From Candidatus Scalinduaceae bacterium (GTDB taxonomy: Bacteria; Planctomycetota; Brocadiia; Brocadiales; Scalinduaceae): a stretch of DNA of 64,000 nucleotides. This document shows positions 54,013 to 62,899 of this stretch, in pieces. Location: the NCBI GenBank assembly GCA_046759445.1, contig JBHICG010000005.1:1-64000 (forward strand), written 5' to 3'. Position numbers and translations under genes: made by a program. A model generated the notes under the pieces. The model made no database searches. It saw nothing but the letters and a program-made list of their open reading frames with translations, and was not told the DNA's origin. The number at the start of each line of letters is the position of its first letter. The first letter of the stretch is position 1.

Positions 54013-55329
54013 ATGAAAAGAAGGAAAGTCATAATAATGGGTGCTGCTGGAAGGGATTTCCATAATTTCAATGTCTTCTTTAAGGATAATGAGGATTACG
54101 AAGTCGTGGCATTCACGGCAACCCAAATCCCAAACATCTCAGATAGGAAATATCCATCCGAACTCGCAGGAAAGTTATACCCCAACGGTATTTCTATTTA
54201 CAACGAAAATGAATTCACAGAATTTATCAAAGATCACAGTGTTGATGAAGTAGTTTTTTCCTACAGTGATGTTTCTCATGAATACGTAATGCATAAGGCA
54301 AGCGAGGTGCAGGCTGCGGGTGCTAGTTTTGTTATTATGGGCGCTAAGCAAACAATGTTGAAGAGTAAAGTACCCGTTATTGCAGTCTGTGCCGTGAGAA
54401 CTGGATGTGGGAAAAGTGCAACAACAAAGAAGATATGTCAGATATTAAAAGAAGCAAGGAAGAAGATTGTGGTAGTCCGTCATCCTATGCCTTATGGAGA
54501 TTTGATAAATCAAAGGGTTCAACGCTTCGAAACCTACGAAGACCTGGTCACGCACAACTGTACTATTGAAGAGATGGAGGAATATGAACCTCACATAGAA
54601 CAGGGTACAGTCGTATACGCAGGCGTTGATTATGAGGCTATACTAAGAAAGGCAGAAGGTGAGGCCGAAATAGTCATTTGGGATGGAGGGAACAATGATT
54701 TGCCCTTTTTTGAACCAGACGTTCACATAACCCTTGTAGATCCCCATAGACCGGGACATGAAGTAACGTTTTATCCCGGGGAATCCAACCTCATACTCGC
54801 TAACATCGTAATCATAAGCAAGGAAAAGACTGCTGACGTTGAAAACATCAATATAGTTAAAGACAACATAAAAAAGGCAAATCCAAAGGCAACCGTAATT
54901 GACGCATCATTGAATATTATGGTTGAAGGTTCCGAAATCATAAAAGACCGCAAGGTTCTTGCCGTAGAAGACGGGCCGACAGTAACTCATGGTGGAATGG
55001 CTTATGGCGCTGCCGTAATAGCAGCACAGAAACATGGTTCTTCTACCCTTGTTGATCCAAGACCGTTTGCAGTCGGAAGTATAAGAGAAACATTCAAAAA
55101 GTATCCTGACATTGGTAATCTTTTACCGGCTATGGGTTATGATCAAAAACAAATCCTTGAACTTGAAGAAACTATTAATCAAACAGATTGTGATACCGTT
55201 ATCATAGGTACCCCAATCGATTTAAGTAGAAGAATTAAGATAAACAAACCCGTTGTGAGGGCAAAATACGAACTTCAGGAGATAAGCAAACCAGGGTTGA
55301 AGGAAATAATAATAGAGCTTATTAAATAA
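54013..55329 (+). CDS. arcE: P-loop NTPase of the ArcE (arginine synthetase) / 'cyclic 2,3-diphosphoglycerate synthase-like GTPase' family
   Basis: MGAAGRDFHNFN, RTGCGKS, RHPMPYG, WDGGNND, EDGPTVTHGGM; directly upstream of carbamate kinase. Confidence 0.75.
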   Translation: MKRRKVIIMGAAGRDFHNFNVFFKDNEDYEVVAFTATQIPNISDRKYPSELAGKLYPNGISIYNENEFTEFIKDHSVDEVVFSYSDVSHEYVMHKASEVQAAGASFVIMGAKQTMLKSKVPVIAVCAVRTGCGKSATTKKICQILKEARKKIVVVRHPMPYGDLINQRVQRFETYEDLVTHNCTIEEMEEYEPHIEQGTVVYAGVDYEAILRKAEGEAEIVIWDGGNNDLPFFEPDVHITLVDPHRPGHEVTFYPGESNLILANIVIISKEKTADVENINIVKDNIKKANPKATVIDASLNIMVEGSEIIKDRKVLAVEDGPTVTHGGMAYGAAVIAAQKHGSSTLVDPRPFAVGSIRETFKKYPDIGNLLPAMGYDQKQILELEETINQTDCDTVIIGTPIDLSRRIKINKPVVRAKYELQEISKPGLKEIIIELIK

Positions 55330-55371
55330 CATTTATGCATATTTAGTAAGTTATAGAGCCTCTGAGAAATT

Positions 55372-56325
55372 ATGTCAAAGAACAGAAAAAAGATTATCGT
55401 AGTAGCCTTAGGGGGTAATGCTCTTATTCAGGAGGGCGAGAGGGGGACTATAAAAGAACAGTTTGCGAATACACAGAAAAGTATTGAGGGCATAATCCAC
55501 TGCATACAAAAAGGATTCGATGTCGTAATCACACACGGCAATGGCCCCCAAGTAGGTAATATGTTGTTGATGGTCGAATTAAGTCATGACAAGGTTCCAC
55601 AACTTCCATTAGGTGTATGTGTTGCAGATACTGAAGGTTCAATCGGTTATATGATCCAGCAAACATTAGTCAATCGTTTGCAGAAAGAGCGTATAAAAAA
55701 AAGTGTCGTTACTATCTTGACTCAGGTAATAGTGGATAAAGATGATCATGCATTTGAAAATCCAACCAAACCAATAGGCCCTTTCTTTTCTGAAGAAGAA
55801 GCAAACATGTTCAGCAGGGAAAGAGGTTGGAAGATGGTTGAAGATAGCCATAGGGGGTATCGAAGGGTTGTGGCCTCCCCTGCACCTATCAAGATTGTAG
55901 AAGACGAGTCAGTCAAAAGACTCCTGGAGTCTGGAGAGATTGTAATTGCTGCGGGTGGTGGCGGGATACCCGTGATCTTAAAAGATGACGGGTCTTTAGA
56001 GGGTGCAGATGTAGTTATAGACAAGGATCTTGCTTCGTATGTGTTAGCGCTGGACATAAAGGCCGATTACTTGATAATGCTCACGGGTGTTGAAAATGTC
56101 TACCTGAATTATGGTGAGCCAGATCAAAGACCCCTTGATACAATTACGATTGAAGAGGCAGAAAGATATATGGCTGAAGGGCACTTCCCTCCGGGCAGTA
56201 TGGGGCCAAAGATTCTGGCGGCAATCAATTTCTTAAAAGGTGGAGGAGAATCCTCCTTTATCACTGCTATAGATAAAGTTAAGGAAACTATTGCAGGCGA
56301 AGCAGGCACAAGGATAGTTCCATAA
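55372..56325 (+). CDS. arcC: Carbamate kinase
   Basis: VALGGNAL, THGNGPQVG, PTKPIGPF, GGGGIPV, VIDKD, GSMGPK. Confidence 0.96.
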   Translation: MSKNRKKIIVVALGGNALIQEGERGTIKEQFANTQKSIEGIIHCIQKGFDVVITHGNGPQVGNMLLMVELSHDKVPQLPLGVCVADTEGSIGYMIQQTLVNRLQKERIKKSVVTILTQVIVDKDDHAFENPTKPIGPFFSEEEANMFSRERGWKMVEDSHRGYRRVVASPAPIKIVEDESVKRLLESGEIVIAAGGGGIPVILKDDGSLEGADVVIDKDLASYVLALDIKADYLIMLTGVENVYLNYGEPDQRPLDTITIEEAERYMAEGHFPPGSMGPKILAAINFLKGGGESSFITAIDKVKETIAGEAGTRIVP

Positions 56326-56452
56326 ATTAGGACACAGGTTTGCACTGATACGTACAGATAACTACTCGTTCTTTATTTTGATATCCTGACAATCTGCGTT
56401 CATCTGCGTCTAAAGGAGAGATTATATATAGTTAAGATATGTAGCCGATTAT

Positions 56453-57355
56453 ATGACAGAGGAAGTATCCAAAAAATATAAGTCTGGATTTGTAACGATG
56501 TGGGGAAGGCCTAACGTAGGTAAGTCGACGTTGCTCAATACGCTTGTTGGTGAAAAGGTGGCAATCGTTACGCCAAGGCCTCAAACGACACGCAATAGAA
56601 TCACAGGTATATGTGAGGTAGAAAATGGGCAGATTGTATTTCTGGACACACCGGGAATCTTAAAGCCAAAACAAAAGCTTGATGAACATCTGGTAAGGTT
56701 AGCGCGTAATGGTCTCAGGGATGCTGACGTAGTTTTATTTGTTGTGGATAGTACTACACCTCCACATGGTGATGATAAACGTGCTGCAAAACTTATACGT
56801 TCCATCACAAAAGATATTTTACTTGTAGTTAATAAGATAGATATTGCTGACATCTCTCACCTTGAAGACCGTATCGATGAATATAAAAAGCTCGGAGACT
56901 TTAAAGGTGGCGTTGCTGTTTCAGCCATAACCCATATAAACCTTCATATGCTCGTCAATAAGATACTAGAATTATTGCCGGAAAGCCCTCCCTACTACCC
57001 TGAAGGTACTCTAACAGACCAGCAAGAAAAATTAACAATTGCAGAACTCATTCGAGAACAGGTGCTGCTCTTTGCAAGGCAGGAGGTCCCTCATGGAGTG
57101 GCTGTAGTGATAAATGAGTTTGCTCCAAGAAGTGATGAACTCGTTTATATTGCTGCGACAATATATGTGGAAAAGCCAACACATAAGTTGATTATTGTCG
57201 GCGAGCGAGGACAAATGTTAAAGGAGATAGGAAGGAAATCACGAGAAGGCATTCAAGAGCTATTAGAAAAGAAGGTTTACCTGGACCTCTGGGTCAAGGT
57301 AAGTAAAAACTGGCGAAAGGATGAGGCAACGTTAAGGCGTTTTGGGTATAAGTAA
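56453..57355 (+). CDS. era: GTPase Era
   Basis: GRPNVGKSTL, PQTTRN, DTPG, NKID, KH domain (LWVKV). Confidence 0.96.
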   Translation: MTEEVSKKYKSGFVTMWGRPNVGKSTLLNTLVGEKVAIVTPRPQTTRNRITGICEVENGQIVFLDTPGILKPKQKLDEHLVRLARNGLRDADVVLFVVDSTTPPHGDDKRAAKLIRSITKDILLVVNKIDIADISHLEDRIDEYKKLGDFKGGVAVSAITHINLHMLVNKILELLPESPPYYPEGTLTDQQEKLTIAELIREQVLLFARQEVPHGVAVVINEFAPRSDELVYIAATIYVEKPTHKLIIVGERGQMLKEIGRKSREGIQELLEKKVYLDLWVKVSKNWRKDEATLRRFGYK

Positions 57356-57422
57356 ATTAATACTTTAATAATTATTAAGCTGCGAATTAATATTGATCCT
57401 ACTAGGTTGTAAATATCAAACA

Positions 57423-57692
57423 GGAGTTAAGGCTTTAGCCTTTTATGTGCATGTATAGGAATTTCAAAAGAGCCCACGAAACACACGAAAAGACACAAAA
57501 AAATACTTTCGTGATTTTCGTGGGGAATAGTAGTTGCCGAAGGCTTAATTTAATGCATAGGAATTTCAATGTTGTTTGTAACGTGTTAAAATAAAACCCT
57601 AAAGGGTAAAATCCGAAACGGAGTTAAGGCTTTAGCCTTTTATGTGCATTGGGGGTTTCTCCCAATGCCTTAAACCCTAAAGGGTGAAGTCC
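57423..57692. repeat. REP cluster upstream of RAYT (4 copies)
   Basis: GGAGTTAAGGCTTTAGCCTTTTAT at 57423 and 57620; inverted variants at 57591-57614 and 57670-57692. Confidence 0.85.
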
Positions 57693-57745
57693 GATAAACC
57701 ACCTGAAAGCATAATTTCAAAAAAACAAAAATAATATTTTGACTT

Positions 57746-58297
57746 ATGGCTAATACTCGAAAAGATGTACAAAAGAGACATCAGCCTTTTCATTTATATG
57801 TGGATAAACAAATATACTTTTTCTCTGTACATACCTATCAAAACGTTCCTATTTTAAAGAGTGTAAAACGTAAAAGTGCATTTGAGCAAAAGTTAAAAGA
57901 TAAAATGGTTGAAAAGCAGTGCAATATTATTGCCTGGGTGATTCTTGATAATCATTACCATTTCATGATGAAGACTGATAAAGGAAAAGACATCCGGGAT
58001 ATTTTCAAAGCTATTCATGGTACAACATCATTTCAATGGAATAAAGAGGATGGCAAGAAAGGCAGGAAGATATGGCAAAGTTATTGGGATTATTGTATCC
58101 GTAGTGAAAGCGATTATTGGACGCGTTTTAATTATATCCATCATAATCCTGTAAAGCATTGTTATGTTAAAAGGATGGAAGATTATGGATTTTCCAGCTT
58201 TAATTTCTATGTGAAGACAAAAGGATATGAATGGTTGATGTCTGTATTTGAAAAATATCCTGTTGTTGATTATATCATGGAAGGTGATGATAGATAG
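57746..58297 (+). CDS. REP-associated tyrosine transposase (RAYT, IS200/Y1 family)
   Basis: YFFSVHT, AWVILDNHYH (HUH), IWQ.SYWDYCIR, NYIHHNPVKH, FSSF. Confidence 0.9.
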   Translation: MANTRKDVQKRHQPFHLYVDKQIYFFSVHTYQNVPILKSVKRKSAFEQKLKDKMVEKQCNIIAWVILDNHYHFMMKTDKGKDIRDIFKAIHGTTSFQWNKEDGKKGRKIWQSYWDYCIRSESDYWTRFNYIHHNPVKHCYVKRMEDYGFSSFNFYVKTKGYEWLMSVFEKYPVVDYIMEGDDR

Positions 58298-58454
58298 GAA
58301 TTAAGGCTTCAGCCTTTTATCTATTTTGTGGATGAAATAAAAGTCTAAAGACTAAATTCCATTTAAAGAGTTTTAAAAGTCTGAAGACTTAACTCCTTGA
58401 GAATAGAAAAATCTTACGTTTATAAAAACAGGAGTTAAGACTTTAGTCTTTTAT
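58297..58454. repeat. REP cluster downstream of RAYT (4 copies)
   Basis: Forward copies at 58297-58320 and 58431-58454; inverted copies at 58337-58360 and 58373-58396. Confidence 0.85.
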
Positions 58455-58545
58455 CTTGTTTTAAACTGCTTTAAGAATTTAAGAGAGTAAATAATATAAA
58501 AAGCTATTTATAAAAGATAATTGAATGGAAGATAGCGTGAAAAGA

Positions 58546-60351
58546 TTACGTCGTTTCCTTTTTCAGATATACTTTATAAAGCTGGCTATATAATCCTTGT
58601 TTTCTCATCAATGCTTCATGATTTCCTTCCTCGACCTTTTCCCCCTTGTTTAATACCAGGATATGGTCGCAATTATTAATGGTAGATAACCTGTGAGATA
58701 TTATAATAGAAGTCCTGTCTTCGGTTATCTTTTTAATGGCATCTTGAATTAAGACCTCAGAAACAGGGTCAATGTTAGACGTTGCTTCATCCAGGATTAG
58801 GATTTCAGGATTGTAGGCAAGAATCCGCGCGAATGATATAAATTGACGTTCACCTGCAGAGAGGTTTGAGCCTCTTTCGGCCACTTCAGTATCCAATCCC
58901 TGTGGCATTCTACCAATGAAATGAGCAAGACCAAGCTCATCTATGATTCCTAAAATCCTTTTATCTGAAATAGAATTAAAAAGTGATATATTGTCCCTGA
59001 TAGTTCCGGAGAAAAGGAAAATATCCTGGCTTATCATACCAATAATCTTTCTCAATTCTGTTTTATCAATATCCTGAATATTTCTATTGTCTAACAATAT
59101 TTCGCCTTTATTGATTTCGTACAGTCTTGTTATTACGTTTGCAACTGATGTCTTTCCGCTACCAGTTACACCTACAAGGGCAAGTGATTGTCCTGGCTCG
59201 ATCTTAAATGATAGTTCTTTAAGGACGTAATCCTTATCAAGGACGTAATCCTTGCTATTGTACGTAAACCAGACATCTTTGAATTCTACCTTCCCATTTA
59301 ATTTATATAATACTGACCCTTCTCTGAGTGTTACTTTCTTATAATCATTCTCAGACGGTTCTTTCATCAAACCAAATACCCTCTCAGCCGAAGCTATTGC
59401 ACTCCGAAATGTATTGTACTTTTCAACAATATCTCTTATTGGTTCAAATATCCCCTGTATGTACGCAAGGAACGCCACAAGAATACCCAGCGTAAGGTCT
59501 AAATTGATGTATCTAAGTGCACCATACCAGAGAATCAGCGCAACTGAAAGGGCATGTATAATGTTGATCGCAGGTTGGAAAATAGCATAGTATCTAATGT
59601 AACTAACCTGTTCACCGAGATAATCTTTATTTACTGAATCAAAATCCTCGTAATTTCTCTTTTCTCTATTAAAAAGTTGAATAATCTTCATTCCTGTTAT
59701 GTTCTCATTTAAATGTGAATTTACACGAGCTAATTTTCTCCTTATTTCTCTAAAGGATGCTTTTATCCTCTTGCTGAAAAATATGGCGACCATCATCATC
59801 ACAGGGAAAACACTTAAAGCTATGATGGCAAGTTTAGGATTCAATAAAAACATTGTTACGATTACGCCTACGATGATAAAGACGTCTCCTATTACGACAA
59901 TAATTCCTGCAGAAAATAGTTCTCCCAGTGCGGCAATGTCATTGGTTAAGCGTGTCATTAACCTGCCTACAGGATTCTTATCAAAGAAGGATACCGGAAG
60001 TGTTTGTATATGAGAGAAGAGCTCCATCCTTAGATCCATCATAACCTTTTGACCGATGATCTGGATATTGTAGCTCTGTACTATTACGAGTAACACCCTG
60101 AATGTCTCAACTCCAAGTATGATTAATGCCATTGTAATAATTATTGATTTGTTTCCTTTGACAATTCCATGATCAATTGCGTATCCAAATAAATATGGAC
60201 CCAAAAGAAATAAAAGCGTTGCGGCAAAGACCATCATAATTGAGAGTAATGTAGATAACCTGTATCTCATTATGTATGACATGAGCCTTCTCACTATGGT
60301 TCTGTCATACAACTTTTCAATTGTTTTGTCTTCGTTTATATACTCTTTCAT
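58546..60351 (-). CDS. ABC exporter, TMD-NBD subunit (MdlB/YheH-like)
   Basis: GVTGSGKT, LSAGERQ, ILDEATS; N-terminal TMD. Confidence 0.93.
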   Translation of the reverse strand: MKEYINEDKTIEKLYDRTIVRRLMSYIMRYRLSTLLSIMMVFAATLLFLLGPYLFGYAIDHGIVKGNKSIIITMALIILGVETFRVLLVIVQSYNIQIIGQKVMMDLRMELFSHIQTLPVSFFDKNPVGRLMTRLTNDIAALGELFSAGIIVVIGDVFIIVGVIVTMFLLNPKLAIIALSVFPVMMMVAIFFSKRIKASFREIRRKLARVNSHLNENITGMKIIQLFNREKRNYEDFDSVNKDYLGEQVSYIRYYAIFQPAINIIHALSVALILWYGALRYINLDLTLGILVAFLAYIQGIFEPIRDIVEKYNTFRSAIASAERVFGLMKEPSENDYKKVTLREGSVLYKLNGKVEFKDVWFTYNSKDYVLDKDYVLKELSFKIEPGQSLALVGVTGSGKTSVANVITRLYEINKGEILLDNRNIQDIDKTELRKIIGMISQDIFLFSGTIRDNISLFNSISDKRILGIIDELGLAHFIGRMPQGLDTEVAERGSNLSAGERQFISFARILAYNPEILILDEATSNIDPVSEVLIQDAIKKITEDRTSIIISHRLSTINNCDHILVLNKGEKVEEGNHEALMRKQGLYSQLYKVYLKKETT

Positions 60352-60453
60352 AATAGTTCAATTATTAAAAAGAATTGGACAGGCTAAAGGCGTTCGGCAT
60401 AGGACGCTTAGATAATATATAAATCTTGTTTATCCTGTCAAAATTTTGTCTGA

Positions 60454-62241
60454 TTAACTTTTTTCCAGACTTTCTTCTATAACTTCTTTATCATATAATG
60501 ATTTATACAATCCTTCTCTCTTGGTTAATTGTTGATGTGTACCCTTTTCTACAATTACGCCTTCCTGCATTACGACTATGAAGTCAAATTCCTTAATAGC
60601 GGGTATTCTATGCGTTACCACTATAAGCGTATTTTCTTTTACCACCTCAGAGATGTTTTTTATTAGTGCTTCTTCCGTCCTTGCATCTACAGCAGAAAGG
60701 CAATCATCAAAGATTAAGATTTTGGGATTTATGGCAAGGGCTCTTGCAATAGAGAGCCTTTGCTTTTGACCACCGGAAAGGTTTATGCCCCTTTCACCCA
60801 GGTAACTATCGTATCCCTCTGGTAAATCATCTATTTCTTTTGATATCATTGATAAACGTGCTAGCTCTTGAACCTTACGTTCGTCAGATATTGCTGGATT
60901 GCCAAAGGCTATATTATTCCTAATCTTTTCAGAGAATAAAAAGGTATCCTGTGAGACAAAGCCAATGTGTTTCCTGAGTTCCTTAATGTCTATTTTATTA
61001 ATATCAACGTCATCAAGAAATATCTTATTGTCTTTAGCAGAAAAAATCCTTGGTATCAGGCTAACAAGAGTAGACTTGCCGCAACTGACGGGTCCGATTA
61101 TGGCAACTTTTTGACCTGAATCTATCTTTAGATTTACGTTTCGAAGAACATCATCCTCATTCCCGTTGTATCTAAAACTTAAATCCGTGAATTCTATTTT
61201 GCCCGTAGGTTGAAAATCTTTTATTGCAGATTTATTGGTTACAATCTCGGGATTTAAGTCCATAACCTCATCCACCCTTTTCATTGATGCCTTGCCGCGC
61301 TGAAATAGTGACAGACACCAACCTACAGCCGTCATGGGCCAGACCATCTTTGATATATACCTCTGGAAGGCTATTAGTGTGCCTAAAGTAACTGTACCTT
61401 CCAGTACCATATTTCCACCGACTAAGAGAAGGATTATAATCCCAAGATATGTGATATATTCGAAAGCCGGTCCTAGAAGAGATTGAGGAATAGCAAGCGA
61501 AAGATTTTTCTTCATAAAATCTCTGCATAATTTGCGGAACGTATTTTCTTCTTGTTTTGACATGTTAAATCCCTTTACCACACGGATTCCTGATATGTTT
61601 TCCTGAGCCTTTTCGCTTATATTGGAAAATTGCTCTTGGACTATCTTGAATCTTCTATCAATTGTATTTTTTATCTTATATGCAAAGTATGGCATCAGAG
61701 GCAAAGGTAAGAATGTATAAAGGGCAAGTTTTGGAGATAAATAAATAACTATTGGTGGTATAATGAAAAAATAAAATAAGGCATCAAGGCCTATGAGCAT
61801 GCCGGGCCCGACAGCCATCCTCACAGCGGTCAGGTCATTAGTTGCACGAGATAAAAGGTCTCCTGTTTTATATTTCTGGAAAAAGGACTGTGATAGCGTC
61901 TCAATGTGTTTAAAAAATGCCATTCTCAAATCATACTCACAACGAAAAGCGGTTCCGATAAAATTTATTCTCCAGTAATATCTTCCTATGCCCTGTACAA
62001 GGCTGACAAGGAGATAAATGCCGGAAATGTATGCAATTTTAGTGAGGCTTCCATCAGACGTGAGTATGTCTACGGCTTCTTTTATGAGGAGAGGTGGAAC
62101 AATATTGATTATGTCTACCATTATGAGAGAGATTGTTCCAAGTATGAAGTATTTCTTATATTTTTTTATAAAGACCTTATATGCTAGATTCTCTTTAAGA
62201 AATGATGAAAAAAACATAAGTTTATGATTTAATCTTAGCAT
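60454..62241 (-). CDS. ABC exporter, TMD-NBD subunit (MdlA/YheI-like, degenerate site)
   Basis: GPVSCGKS, LSGGQKQR, FDDCLSAVD; start uncertain. Confidence 0.92.
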   Translation of the reverse strand: MLRLNHKLMFFSSFLKENLAYKVFIKKYKKYFILGTISLIMVDIINIVPPLLIKEAVDILTSDGSLTKIAYISGIYLLVSLVQGIGRYYWRINFIGTAFRCEYDLRMAFFKHIETLSQSFFQKYKTGDLLSRATNDLTAVRMAVGPGMLIGLDALFYFFIIPPIVIYLSPKLALYTFLPLPLMPYFAYKIKNTIDRRFKIVQEQFSNISEKAQENISGIRVVKGFNMSKQEENTFRKLCRDFMKKNLSLAIPQSLLGPAFEYITYLGIIILLLVGGNMVLEGTVTLGTLIAFQRYISKMVWPMTAVGWCLSLFQRGKASMKRVDEVMDLNPEIVTNKSAIKDFQPTGKIEFTDLSFRYNGNEDDVLRNVNLKIDSGQKVAIIGPVSCGKSTLVSLIPRIFSAKDNKIFLDDVDINKIDIKELRKHIGFVSQDTFLFSEKIRNNIAFGNPAISDERKVQELARLSMISKEIDDLPEGYDSYLGERGINLSGGQKQRLSIARALAINPKILIFDDCLSAVDARTEEALIKNISEVVKENTLIVVTHRIPAIKEFDFIVVMQEGVIVEKGTHQQLTKREGLYKSLYDKEVIEESLEKS

Positions 62242-62430
62242 TAAAATGCCAAGATTGGTTTTTTCAAAAGTTACATTATATTAAAAAAATACACTACTAA
62301 ATCAGACCTTTCTCATTGCTCAGAGTGACATTATTACTATTATGTTGTCAATCCTTCATTTCATTCAGGACATGTTTTCACAATTTATAGTGACATAAAT
62401 GTTATGTAGGTTTAATATAATTGTATTTCC

Positions 62431-62589
62431 TAATTAGTATCTGTTGCGGAAAGCCCAAATATCCAAAGGTGTCATTCTGCCCCCATTCCTAGCTTACGCA
62501 AGGAAGCTATGGGGGTCAGAATCTATATGTATCAATCCTGAAACAAGTTCAGGATGACGAAACCGCGTTTCTGCAACAGATACTAATTA
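62431..62589. mobile_element. MITE-like element with 22-bp terminal inverted repeats
   Basis: TAATTAGTATCTGTTGCGGAAA (62431-62452) versus TTTCTGCAACAGATACTAATTA (62568-62589), 21/22 match; internal ATCCTGAA-TTCAGGAT palindrome. Confidence 0.7.
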
Positions 62590-62899
62590 ACTAAAACCTT
62601 AAATATAACATGATTTTTTAATTTACTCAATAAATAACTAAAACACTGAGTCAGCAATTTTATTAATCATAAAAAATGTCATTACACCCCTAATATTTCT
62701 ATGTTGCAAAACATACATACTCTTTTATAATGACTGTAAGTAAAACGTTACTACAAACCACTTTTACCACATATAACAGGCTGTCAAAGAATTGATCATT
62801 ACCGGGCATCGATCAGAAATCCGGTTATCCTGCTGTTAATCAAATGTTTTAAAACATCTCGTACATGAAGGGATTCTGTAATATTCTGCGCCGGATCAA

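Noticed and set aside
57423..58454. CRISPR array interpretation of the 24-30-bp repeats
   Set aside because: The repeats are in mixed orientations with irregular spacing, flank a RAYT gene, and no cas genes are present.
5775..62227. Many short ORFs overlapping or antisense to well-supported genes
   Set aside because: They are shadow frames of the long CDSs with no recognisable motifs.
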